From the human T2T-CHM13v2.0 reference genome, Homo sapiens, in NCBI RefSeq assembly GCF_009914755.1, contig NC_060930.1: 64,000 nucleotides of DNA, one strand, 5' to 3'. The notes under the pieces are model-generated. The model was not told where the DNA came from, searched no databases, and saw only the letters and a program-made list of their open reading frames with translations. Position 1 is the first letter of the stretch. Each line of letters begins with the position of its first letter. Positions 29,804 to 43,700 of the stretch are shown piece by piece. The translations under genes were made by a program, and so were the position numbers.

Positions 29804-30608
29804 GTGTTACCACCTTCCATCTAGTGTTCCAAAGTTGACTTTCCTCTATCATTTCTTCCTTAGCTAATCAATCAGTAACTCTACCATTGTGTAGCATAAA
29901 TCTCTTCATTAGCTTTCCTTCCCTCTGTTCCCATTATGGATACCTTCCTTCAAGTCTCATCATTTCTTACCAGAATTGTTGTCACATTTGCCTCCTCTTG
30001 TCAGTTTTACATGTTGCAATAAAAAATAGCCATCCTATTTCATGGTAAATCTGAGCAGACTAAAATCTTTACTCTATCCCTTCCTAGTGGCTTTCAGGAT
30101 AAATAAAGCTGGGTCTCCTTAACATAGCAGGAAATTCTGTCCAGGATCTGCCTCCTGTACACTTCCCACTTCATCTCTGGCCAACTCTTTTGTTTTGACC
30201 TGTCTCAAGGAACTCGTTAAAAATGCAAATTATTAAGCCTCAGAAACTGGGGTAGGACTTAGCATTTGTGTTTTCACAAGCTCTCCTGGTGTTTGTAAGT
30301 TTGAGAATCCCTACTGTATTCCAGACATCCTTTTTCTTTCCTGACTACCATGCAGGTCTGTTGAGATTGAAATCAAGTGTCGGCTCATCCAGGAAGACCT
30401 CTCAGAGGCCCTTTCCTTCTCTAGGTGTGTGGTCTTAGGATTTCCTGTGCTCCTCTCTGTCATTGGCCTTGCAACATTGATTTAAGTTACCTGGCTCCAT
30501 GTTTTATTCTCCTAATGGTCTATGAGTTACTTGATGGCAGAGCTTATGTATTTTTTCATCTTGCTTATTCTCACAGCACAGTGCCTAGTATGTATGACTG
30601 GATACTTC

Positions 30609-30921
<313 letters not shown>

Positions 30922-31404
30922 TGAATAGAAGACAATATGATTGGAGATGAGAGAGAAAAAAGCTGTGGTATGGCAAAAGAAATCAAGATTTGAATTTAGA
31001 ATATCTGACTTAAAATTAAACTCGTCCCATAACCTTCAATAAGTTACTCAATTTTTTTGAAATTTATTTTTTTCAACTGTATAGGTAGGAAAAATAAAGC
31101 TATGTAATAACTATGTTTAGCTGACAATATGTAATTCTTACTGGGTGTCTGGCACTATTTTAAATGTTTTACATAAATTAATACATGTAATCCTTAAAAT
31201 AAATGATGCAGTAGGTTCTAGTATTACAGATATGGAAAACAAAGAGTAGGAAGATTAATTTGCCTAAGGTGACCATGAGGATCCAGTGAAACAGTATATG
31301 TGAAAAGGAGTTTGTGAAAAGCTACATAAAAATATTAGATATCTTTATAATTTCCAATAGGATACTAATCAGTTTTGAATAAAAGACATATTCTAGAGAA
31401 ACCA

Positions 31405-33808
31405 GGTTTCTGGTTTCAGATTTGAACTCTCAAGAGCTTGGAAGTTATCACTCCCATCCTCACAACAACAAAAAAATCTGAACAAACAGAAAACCAATGA
31501 CTTTTCTTAGATCTGTCAAAGAACTTAAGCCACAAGGAAAACTATCACCCTGAAAACTGGGGACTGGAAAGAGAGGTACAGAGAATCACAGTGAATCATA
31601 GCCAAGATCAGCTTGCCAGGAGCTGAAGCTAGTAGGATAATAACTTACAGGACCACTTAAACAGTAAGTGATGAATTGCCAGAGACTTAGCACAGACTAG
31701 CTTAAGAGCCAAAAACTCCTAGGGGTCCAGTTTTAGGGAACCCCCACCCTTTCATGGGTTTTATTTCCATGAGTCCCAATGGGCTATCGCAGTAAAGATT
31801 GGAGAAAAATTTCCTTTTTTTTTCTGGCAGGGGGAAGGGTAAAATAACCATTTTGAAATATACTCAGAGCATTCTCTTCTAAATAACAAAGATCTACCAG
31901 CCAGAGAAACTACTTTAGTAGGACCTTACCTGAACAGGGGAAAGATGATTAAACAACCCGCCCTCTCTAACCTGTCTCACATAAGGGATAGGGTTGAAAA
32001 GGATAAGAAATATTTCCAAAGGCCATAGCCCAGGGACCAGGATTGCTTAAAAACAAACAAACAAAAACTAATCATAAGATTATAGAATACTTCCCCTTCC
32101 TAACACCTTATCACCATGTCAAGTAAAATAACAGTGGATTACAACTGAGCAAACTGCAAGACACAGATTGTAATTAAGAAAGAGTTTCTAGGGAAACCCC
32201 AAAATAATGGGATACAAAAGCAAGGACACTAGAGGAAATCAAAGCCTCTGGCATATACAGCTACAACAAATACTAAACAGAGCCCAGCTCTTAGCCAGTT
32301 AACATATAAAACCTCACACTAAAAGGCTGATTACCTCAGGTTGTATTACCAGGTATGTCATTTTCAGCTTTCAGCCAAAAATTACAAAGCATGTTAAAAA
32401 GCAACAAACACAGTGTGAAAGAGAGAAAACAAGCATCAGAACGAGACTTATCTATGATACCAGTTTTGGAATTATCAGAGCCCTTAAAATAACCATGATT
32501 AAGTTGTTAAGGGCTCTAGTGGAAAAAGCAGACAACATGCAAGAACAGATGGGTAATGTAAGCAGGAGATAAAAGCTCTTAAGAAAAAAAAATTAAAAGG
32601 AAATACTAGAGATAAGAAACCTGTAACAGAAATGAAGAATGCCTTTGATGAGGTTATTGGTAGACTGGACATGGCTGAGGGAAGAATCACTGAGCTCTAA
32701 GATTCTTCAATAGAAACTTCCCAAACTGAATTGCACAAAGAAAAAAAGAAAAGAAAAGAACAGACTATCCCAGCACTGTGGGATAATTACAGAAGATGAA
32801 ACTTGCTACTAATGGGAATACCAGAAGGAAAGAAAAGAGAGAAAGGAACAGAAGAAACATCTGAAGTAATAATGGCTGATAATTTTCTGAAATTCACAAC
32901 AGACACTAAACCACAAATCCAGAAAGCTCAGAGACCACGAAGCAGGATAAATACCAAAAAAGCACCCATAGGCATAGCAAATTCAAAATGTGGATAACCA
33001 ACGACAAAGAGAAAATCTTTAGAGAACATAGACTAAAAAAACACCTGTGTATTGAGAAACGAGGATAAGAATTACGTCACTCTTTTTGTCAGAAACCATG
33101 TAAGTAAGAAGAGAGTGGAGTGAACTATTTAAAGTGTTGATGCAAAAAACCCCCAGCAGCCTAGAATTCTATATCTAGGAAAATTATCCTTCAAAAGTAA
33201 TGGAGAAATAAAGACTTTCTAGGATAAACAAAAACTGAGGGAATAATATATCACTAGTAGATCTGTCTTGCAAGAAATGTTAAAAAGTTCTTCAGGGAGA
33301 AGGAAAATGATATAGATTACAAATTGGATCTGCATAAAGAAAGGAAGAGTATCAGAGGGAATAAAATAAGGTAGCATTATATTTTTCTTATTATGAATGA
33401 TGTAATAGATGACTATTTTTTCAGAATAATGATAACCACAATGTACTGGGTGAATGTGGTATAAAGGATGGAAAAGGAATTGACAATATTCTGTTATAAG
33501 TTACCTACACTACTCATGAATCAATATAGCGTTATTTGAAAGTAGACTTGGATTATTTATAAATGCATACTGCAAACACTAAGACAAACACTAAAAACTT
33601 TTTTAAAAGGAGTATAATTGATGAACTAGGAAAGAAGAGAAATGTAACCATACAAAATGCTTAATTAAAACCAGAGACAGTAGCAAAAAAGAAAGATAAA
33701 AGAAACAAAGGACAAATGTAATAGATAGAAAACAGTTACAAACATGGTAGATATGAATCCTACTATATTAAGACATAATTGACAGGTCAGAAAATTGAAA
33801 ATAGGTAT
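31405..33808 (+). mobile_element. Old L1M 5'UTR/ORF1 remnant, approximate bounds
   Basis: Track ORF 32803..32997 (GIPEGKKREKGTEETSEVIMADNFLK...PQIQKAQRP..RIN) resembles L1 ORF1p. CCTAGAATTCTATATC..AAAATTATCCTTCAAAA corresponds to the ORF1p PRILYPAKLSF motif region. Confidence 0.85.
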
Positions 33809-33825
33809 AGAAAATGGACATTCAG

Positions 33826-34204
<379 letters not shown>

Positions 34205-34347
34205 TTAATAAAAAAATAGGTGACTTTAAAGCTTATATTTATTGGTTTCTTTTCTCTCCCCTCCCCTCTCCTTCCCTCTCATTCTCCTGTTCTTCTCTCC
34301 TCCTTCGCCTCTCATCTCCTTTTCCTCTCCTCTCCTTCTCTTCTGTT

Positions 34348-34645
34348 CTTTTTTTTTTTCTTCTGAGACAAGGTCTCACTCTGTCATCCAGGCCAGAGTA
34401 CAGTGGTGCAGTCATGGTTCACTATAGCCTCAAATTCCTGAGCTCAAGTGATCCTCCCACTTCAGCCTCCCGAGTAGCTAGAACTACAGGAGTGAGCCAT
34501 AATGCCTGGCTAATTTTTTAATTTTTTGTAGGGATGAGGTCTTGCTATGTTGCCCATGCTGGTCTCAAACTCCTGGGCTCAAGTGATCCTCCTGCCTCAG
34601 CCTCCCAAAGTGTTGGGATTGAAGCATGAGCCACCACACCCAGCC
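34348..34645 (-). mobile_element. AluJ, preceded by a CT-rich low-complexity tract (about 34245-34350)
   Basis: Diverged antisense dimer. Confidence 0.9.
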
Positions 34646-36588
34646 TATTGGGTTTTTTTGTAAAATTGCTGTGTTCTTACATATTCAAGTTTTTATTTTA
34701 ACAGGTGGATTTTTGTCTTCTGGAAAAAATATGACTATTTACTTTTACTCTACTGAAGAAAAAAATACTGTGATTCAATACTCAATCTTAAAAACACACA
34801 CACAAGATTCCTTTACTAAAATACAGATTTTTTGTGTTTCGTTTTTGCTTCTTTCGCTGGTGCTGTTTTCAGCAGTGAGACCAGAGATGTCTGACTAGCT
34901 CTAGGTTATCTCCCAGCTTGCTCTCAGCTGTCCAGGGGAGCCCAGTAAACCTGACAATGACACCTTTGGTCCTTCAGGAAGTGGGTTTTTTTGTCCTTAG
35001 TCTGAAATGGTACATGCAAGCAAAGTTTGCTCTATTAATCTAAGATGCAAATAATTTTGGTGGTGGTGTATACAGGCCTGGTATTAAAGTCACTTGAAAA
35101 TTGTTACTATTTCTTCCTTTTGAACTGGAAGCACCACTGGTGCATCTGGGGAAATGTCTGGAAGGCATGAGCCAGCCTTGGATGCACTGCCTGTGTGTGA
35201 GATGAGCCTTCTGAGAAAGCAAACTTCTCTTGGACCCAGCCACAGCCAGTGCTGCAGTGAGGCCAAATGTATAAGAATTAATAAAGCAAAAGGACCGGAA
35301 GCTGGGTGGTGGTGTGTGCCTGTCATATATTTCAAGCAAGAATCTTTTCAGCAAAATATTTTGCATTGATAGTCATGTCACCTTGGAAAGAGATGACTTC
35401 TTGGGAAGCAGCAAGAGAAAGTAATGTAATATACTGTCAAGGCATTAATGTGCCACTTTAATGATGTTTCATTTCAGGTATCTTTTCGTTTTTGTAATTT
35501 CTTCATTTATGTTTAATGGAAAGGTACATTTTGTTCTGCTTTATATTTTCAAGGGATCGTAATTATAGTCTGTATTTTAATAGTTTCTAATTGATATTAA
35601 GTAATAGTCATTTTAGCATATGGAAAATGAAAATTAAAATGTAAAAATACTTAGCGCTTCAGAGTTATTAGTTAGTTCTTAACCAGGGAACTGCTGTGGC
35701 AAATTAAAAGCCAAATGGTTAAGTGATGTTATTAAAAACAAACAAAACCAACAAATTTTTAAAAATAGATGACAAAATTTACCAACCTCAGATTATTCCT
35801 TTAATAACATCTTTATAGGTATCCATCATTCTTAATAGTTAACCTTGCATTTATGTTAAATATGTATTTATTGCATATTCTTCTTGAATGCTTATTTTAA
35901 TCTAGTTATCATTTATACCTTTGAATTTTTCATAGTAGATAATCTATGTATAAAAATACAGAAATCTATTTTTTATTTGCTATAATTTTAATAATTCAGT
36001 CCTGTTTTTGAGAAAATGTGAACATTTGATGGGTTAATGAAATTAGTATATATCTTTGAGTTGTACCAGCCTGTATCCTTCAAATCTTGTTGCGATTCTT
36101 TCTCTCTCTTTTTACGTAAAAATAAAGCATTTTCTAAGTGCTGATACATTCTACAGCTGGAATAAGGCTATAAGAGATTTAGAGAGCACCACCCTTATTC
36201 CTTGGGGATATTTATTTAACTTCTGAACTGTGGAGTAGTTAAAAATTCATGTGAGAGAAGGATTGAGATTGTGTGCTGAAAGTGATGAAAACTCACGAAG
36301 TGGGGTCTCTAACCCTTCAGGCAATTAAAAGCTTGCTTATCTTTTTCAACTACTGAGTTACACAAAAATTACTCCAATTACCTGCAAGTTGAATCTCTAA
36401 CTAAAAACACCAGTACTCACAATGAAAGCCAGTTTCTCCATCCCATGTGTTTTGTGGGGTCAAAGCACTGGCAGGATGCGTATATTCACGCTTCGGTTTT
36501 TAAGTTCGGCAACTGACTGTTTCACTTATACTTTATTCTCCGCTGGGTTGAAATGTATTCTTGAGGGATGCCTGTGCTTTATTTCCAG

Positions 36589-36687
36589 ATAGAAAACTAC
36601 CTGCTACGAAATCACGAGACTAGAAAATACCTTCAAGAGCAGGCCTACCGCCTGCAGCAGGGTATTGTCACCAGCACCACCCAGCAG
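36589..36687 (+). CDS. CARMIL1: CARMIL1 coding exon: [33 protein letters not shown]
   Basis: Acceptor ctttatttccAG, donor CAG|GTAAGC. 99 nt, phase 0/0. Confidence 0.96.
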
Positions 36688-37450
36688 GTAAGCGAGCCAG
36701 TGCCTGTGACTTCTCCTTCTATTCTTAACTGACCCTCTGAGAGCAAAGGACTTCTAGCATTCGAGTAATTTCCAATGGGTCAATAAGAACTAGTTTTTGA
36801 AAATGACAACAAATCTAAGTAGAGTTTGAGGGAAGATACTGAAGGAGGAAAAGGTAGGCTAATTCTAAGGCTAAATATGCACTTTTAATTATCAATCAAC
36901 AATTGCCAGTAAGATAGGTTTCTATACAAATATTAGGAACTTTTGATTATAATAGATAATAAAATCTGAAAGTGATCAAATTTGCTACTTTGGAGACATT
37001 CTGTTCCTTTCTCTTTATTCCTTCACACTTCCATGGGTAGAATACAGATTCCCAGATTTTATGTTCACAATGTCAGGTTCATTAAAAAAAGAAAAAAAAT
37101 TCCGAGATTCTTTTGAAGAAAAGTTTGATGAATATTAATTAACACATGCTGAAGAGAAACTGAGGTGTTTTTCTCTTATACTGCATTCCTCTTCTCTCTA
37201 CCCAGCTTTACCAAGGAAACAGAATTATAATAATTTAAAAAAATGTGAAATATTTCTTTTCCAAAAATTAACCAAAACCAAAAATCACAAGATATTTGAG
37301 GAAAACAATCTATGTGTCAAAGAGCGAGATGAACAAAGGAATTGAGCTCAGATAATGCAGAGTACAGCAGAGAGCTTTAAAAAAAATTGTTATTGTAAGT
37401 TCATTGGGACTGCAGAGAATGATACATCCATAAAATAAGAATAGGCTGCT

Positions 37451-37548
37451 AGAATGGCGTGAACCCGGGAAGCGGAGCTTGCCGTGAGCCGAGATTGCGC
37501 CACTGCAGTCCGCAGTCCGGCCTGGGCGACAGAGCGAGACTCCGTCTC

Positions 37549-37590
<42 letters not shown>
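37451..37590 (+). mobile_element. 5'-truncated AluYb8/Yb9
   Basis: Diagnostic 7-nt duplication GCAGTCCGCAGTCCGGCCTGGG and CCCGGGAAGCGG. Tail of 41 A. TSD AAGAATAGGCTGCTA. Confidence 0.95.
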
Positions 37591-37592
<2 letters not shown>

Positions 37593-38041
37593 ATAGGCTG
37601 CTATGAACAGGAGTAGTCAGAGAATAAGAAACAATGCTTAACAATTAAAATTGTGATACTGTAGTACAGAATTAAATAAACTGATGGACACAAACTAAGC
37701 TGGTCCTCTGGAAGAAAAAGTAGAGCAAACCTTTATAGCTTATAATAAAAAAAGACATTAAAAATATGAAAGCAAAGTAGGTGAAATGGTGAATTGACTT
37801 AGAATAATCAACAGCCTTCTAATGGAGCTTCAAAATTATTATAAAAATGAGAGATATTAGAGGACAGGAAAGAATAGAAAACCATTTCATATGAGTCTCG
37901 GGGTTGATATAACCCACTAGAATTGATCAGAATGAGTGGGCAAAAGGACCCACACCTAAATATATCTTGGTGGAATCTCAGAACACCTAGAATACAGAAA
38001 AAAAAAAAATCTTAAAGCGTTCCAGAAAGAAAAGAGTTCCA

Positions 38042-38299
38042 GGCCAGACACTGTGGCTCACGCCTGCAATCTCAACGCTTGGGAGGTCGAGACAGGTGGA
38101 TCACAGGAGTTTCAGACCAGGCTGGCCAAGGTGGTGAAACCCTGTCTCTACTAAACATACAAAAGAAAAAGTAGCCAGGTGTAGTGGCACAGACCTGTAA
38201 TCCCAACTACTTGGAAGGCTGAGGCAGGAGAATCGCTTGAACCTGGAAGGTAGAGGTTGCAGTGAGCCAAGATTGTGCGAGACTCTGACTCAAAAAAAA
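38042..38299 (+). mobile_element. AluS with internal deletions
   Basis: Dimer lacking short internal blocks. TSD AAAAGAGTTCCA. Confidence 0.9.
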
Positions 38300-39601
38300 G
38301 AGTTCCAGAAAGAGTAAATCGGCTATCTTACAAGGGAACTAAAATCAATTCTTAGCATCAATCCCAATTAGTAGACGTAAACGAGGTAATGTCTTCTTCC
38401 TCGTTTGGAAGCGGATTTATTTTGGATCAAAAATTCTATACCTAGACGTTTTCAGACATGAACTCAGAAATTCTATTCCCGTCATATTCCTTATGAAAAA
38501 AAAGTTACTTGAATAAATTCTCAAACAGAAAAGTACGCAATATGAGGTATAAATAGGATATGATAGCAGAGATGAAATCGTAGAAGTTATACAAGCTGAG
38601 AGAAAGTTTTTAAAAATCGCTGCTTTGGGAAAATCTACTTTAAGCTGCAGGGTTAAGGGATTGGCGTGTCTTTCTCTGGGGCAGCCATAATCACAACTTT
38701 ATAGCTACATTTTAGAGGGTTTAAATTTTTAATGTTAGACAAGAATGGCAAGCTTAATTATTGCTACATAACAGATTGTAAATGTTGAAAATCGCAATAA
38801 TGTAAAGGTAACGAAACAAACTAAAATTAGAAGTTTAAGAGGGAGAAAGTTGAATGGTAGTGTAAGTATGCTAAATGTTTAGTTTTTATTTCGTGGAATC
38901 AACTGCTATTTTCTGTAATTCGTAAATCAAAAACATAAAAATAAGTATCCTATTTAAATTTAAAATGGAAGCCACCAGAGGAATTAAAGAGGCAGAGGCT
39001 TTCAAAAGAATTTTTCTCTGCAAATTGAAAAGAATTGACTAGTAGGGAAATTTTTGTCATTTTAGACCATGTTGAATGGTTTGCATTATTTTCTTACCTT
39101 GTTACAAATGTTATTTAATTTTTTGTTGCTTCTTCTTAGAATGAAAGAAAGATGTCCATAATAAAAATGTCATGCATAATATTCCAATTAGGTAAACTAT
39201 GGGTGACTGTATAGATAGGCATAGAGACATGTAAAAGGGTGTTCATCACAATATTAATGATGGTTATTTTAGGTGGTATGAAAGGTGTATTTTATTCTCT
39301 TCTCAGTATGGTTTGAATGTTTTACAGTAAATATGCATTATTTAAGCAAGAAAAAGTAAACCAATATGTGTTGAGAAGAAAAGTTATACTAGTGAAGTAG
39401 CAGGACTTTTGAGAAAGAAAGCCATTATTTTGACCTTACCAGTCCCTTAAAAATCTAATTTCTTTTCCTGCAAGGAACTAATACTACTAGCCTAGTATTT
39501 TATGGTTTACTATTATTAACAGGTTTTAGTGTTTAACATGAAATGCAATGAAAGTTACACTGAAACTTTGTCTTGTGTTCCTTTATGAGCTACAATAATA
39601 A

Positions 39602-40120
<519 letters not shown>

Positions 40121-40599
40121 TAATGCTTATTCTTAAAAGTACGTTTCATCTATTGAGAGAAAATTGCACACAAGAGCAGTATGTGGATGTTTAATTCTGC
40201 ATAGATGGCATTATTCTGAATTATCTGAGTTATGTAGTAGGTATATTGCCACGTTTTCACTTTGGGAATTTCTTAGGACATTATAATTAGCAGTTTTTAG
40301 ACTTTAATCATTTTAGTCACTTCAGGAGAGATTTACCTTGAAGATTGCAGAAACCTGAATATAGAAAGGATAGACCCTCTGTGACTAATGCCCTTGCCAA
40401 CTTGATAGCCATCATTCTCAGTCATCATTCTCAGGTGACACCAAAGGCATTAAAGAATGTTTTAAGGAAATATTGAAGTCTTGTAACTGGTTGTATTTGT
40501 TTTTGTCTGGTGACTTTGATTAGGAAATATTTTTATAAGACTCAACATTCTATTTTCGTTTTTGATGCCTTCTTTTCCAGATGATAAAGCCTCTTAATT

Positions 40600-40790
40600 A
40601 GGACTCAGCAAACCTTTTCTGTAAAAAGCCGTATAGTAAATACTTTAGGCTTTGGAGCCCATAGGATCTCTGTTGCAGCTACTCAACTCTGCTGCGATAG
40701 AGTGAAAGCCACCATAGACAACATGTAAATGAATGAGTGTTATTACAATAAAACTGTAGTTATAAAAACAGGCCCAGAATTGCCTGCCAC
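40600..40790 (+). mobile_element. MER58A-like hAT DNA transposon relic
   Basis: CAGCAAACCTTTTCTGTAAAAAGCC..ATAGTAAATACTTTAGGCTTTG..CAGCTACTCAACTCTGC..CCATAGACAACATGTAAATGAATG matches the recalled MER58A consensus. Confidence 0.75.
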
Positions 40791-43700
40791 TCGCCAAGCT
40801 CTTCTCTTTAGCCTTCTCACCAAGAAAGAAAGAAAAAGAGAGAAGGAGGGAAAGAGAGAGAGAAAGAAAGGGTGAGGAGGGGGCTTTACTTCTTAGAGCT
40901 ATTTGCTCGTTATATTCTCTTTCCTCTTTCATGTGCACATTTTACATTTGCAGTCCTAACTTCTTTGTTAAACACTCACTTTGCAACCTTTTGAAACATG
41001 GCCTCTGTCCCTCTTTATCTACTGAAATGGCTCTTTCATTGGTTTCTTTGTCACAATGTGCAGGGGCCTTTTCTCCTTCTTCATCTCTTGATAAAAGGAG
41101 GCAGAATATTATGGTTAAGAACTTGGGCTCTCAAGTCAGATGACCCCAGATGTAAATCCAGGCTCTACTATTCCCTGTGTGAACTTATGTTAGTCACTTA
41201 CTCACCTCTTTAAGCCTCAGTTTTTTCATCTGTTTATTGGGGATGATGATAGTACCCATCTATGAAGGTGATGTAAAGAGTAACTGAGATAATGCTTGAA
41301 AAGTATTTGGCTTCTTACCAGTAAACATTAATGGGTTTTTTTTGGCTGTTATTTTTATTATCACAATTACCATCATTATTATGGACCATCTCATCTTTCT
41401 TAAAACTCAGTTCTTAGTTCACTGGACAATGCACCATTCTGAATGTCCTTCTGCCACTCTTGTGTCTTACCTTCTGCTTTCTACACAACTCTTTCTCTTT
41501 TCATATCCCCAATGCAGGATTTTTTTTCAAAGCTTTGTATTTAGTGTTCTTTTCCTTTGGCTATTTGCTTCTATTTTAACTCTCTCATTTGTAGATGACT
41601 CCTGGATCTAACCATTCAGTCCCTGTTTCTTTCCAGAGAGTCCTATCTTCCCAATTATTTTTTTCAGCATCTCCACCACTTTGGCCTTCTGAGATATCAG
41701 TCATTAAGACCAAACTCATCCTTTTGAACTCTTGATTTTGCCATTTCACTCAGGGACATCATCATTCACTGAGGGTTGAACCTTTGGAGTCATCTTGAAC
41801 TCTTCATTTGCTTTCCCCATCCATTACCCACTAAACCCTGTCCAGTGGCTGCAAAAGATACTTCTTTTGTTTTTATTTATACTACGAGCTCTCTTGCTAA
41901 GGTCTTTTTACTAACTACCTTCTACGTCTTTTTTTTTTTTTAACAAGAACTACAAGAACTAGTTTTTTCATTTTATGTGTCTCCTCCTGCTTTCCACAGC
42001 CCATGTTCTTTGTATCAGGGAAGCTGAGCCACCGTGAATGTTTATGGGGTAAGGGATTTCTAGAGCTCACAATTGTGGGGAGGAGCTGGGGAAATGACGC
42101 TCTGTGCCTTGGACACCATGTTCAACCTCTTAGCCTGCACTGGAGTGCTATACTGTCCTGCCTTAACCCATCATTCCAATCTGATCTCCCACTGTAAGGT
42201 GCCTCTGTTCCTAACCAGGAGATAGGAGTCATAGTGTCTGGATGTACCACTGCTTGGATTTGTTCTTTTGTTTAACGATCCCTTCTGTTTTTCTCAATCC
42301 GTACAAATCTTTCAGGACTCAGCTAAAAAAAAAAATAAAAGTTATTTTTAACCTCAGCTAGGTGTGATTCCTCCTTTGGATAAAATTTTTTTAAAAGCTT
42401 ATATCATTCATTTATCATTGAATAAACAGTTGTAGAAGTCTATGATATGGCAGGCACTATCGTAAGAAACAGGGATTCAGCAGTGAAGAAAAAAAAATGT
42501 TCATGTCCTTGTGGATATTACATTATGTAGCACTTTATGTCCTGTGTTACTGCTAATTGTGAATATTTCTTCCCACTTCCAGGTTTTTAAGTTGCTGGTG
42601 GCAAGGGGTAACTTTTTTCAAGACTGTAGCTCCTCTATGCCAGGTGTCCAGTTTATTTCTCTTGAATGGAATAAAGAAACCAATGTGGAAAATGATAAAA
42701 TTTTCTATGAATAAGCTGTTTGCTGGAAATAAGAACAGTTGTATCAACTTGTGAGCAACCACAGATGGCATTTATTGCTAATAGTTGTAATTCTTACCCG
42801 TGGGTTCAATAGCCCAGTATATCTGAAAAAGCCTAGGTAGTCACCAGCAAGTGTGATATGAGTTAGTGGTGTGATGTAGTTGCCAAAGAAGTCAATTTGA
42901 CTTGTACCGTATTAATGAAGGTATACTTTCTACAGTAAGGAAGACGATAGCTCTGTTCATCTCAGCTCTGTGCTTTCCAGTCCACTCTTAGTTACAATCC
43001 ATTTCACTAAGGAGACTTCATGAGGTTCTAGGTGGAAGACAGAATGCAGAAGTGACCTACAGGAAAGGAGGTCAAGGACTGGAGAACTGTGTCAGCGTAG
43101 GCATGGGAAAAGGAGCTGGGAATGTTAAACCTGAAGAAAAGAAGGCTAAGGAAGAAAAATAAGTGTATTTAAATATGTGCAGGACTGTCACTGGAAGAGA
43201 GCATATGATTGTGCAGGGTGTTCTCAAGGGGAAGATATGGGACCTGCAGGAAGGGTGTAAGAAGACAGATTAAGACTCAAAACCTTATCTAGGAATGACA
43301 GGGTACATTTTCTTGGAAGGAATTGAGCTTCATAAACTATGGCCGTCAACAACTTTTCTGTATTGCTTTAGAGAAACTGAACACTATAGGGTTAGGGTGA
43401 AGTAGAGAGGTTAAACTAAACAGCCCTAACACAACCATCTTCTATGAGGTCTTCTAACGGGGTAACCCAAGAGATTATAGCCTTTCAGATTGCATCTCCT
43501 TTATTTTTCATATTTATGTACTTGAGAGACGAATTATGAACTGATAAACCCCTTGATTTACTTTTTTCAAAATTTTCAATCTGTACTCTGTGTAATCATT
43601 GCATGTCATCTTAAATAGTTTACCTTTTCTGAGCTTTGAGCTCTTTCATGGTAAAGGATCTAAATGTGGTCTGCTGAGCTATGCTTAGAGGAATCTTGGA

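Larger units (their letters stand above)
37260..38530 (+). mobile_element. Highly degraded L1M ORF1 remnant (host of two Alus), approximate bounds
   Basis: A-rich, with ORF1-like segments CCCACACCTAAATATATCTTGGTGGAA, ATCTTACAAGGGAACTAAAATCA and AAAATTCTATACCTAG. Confidence 0.6.
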
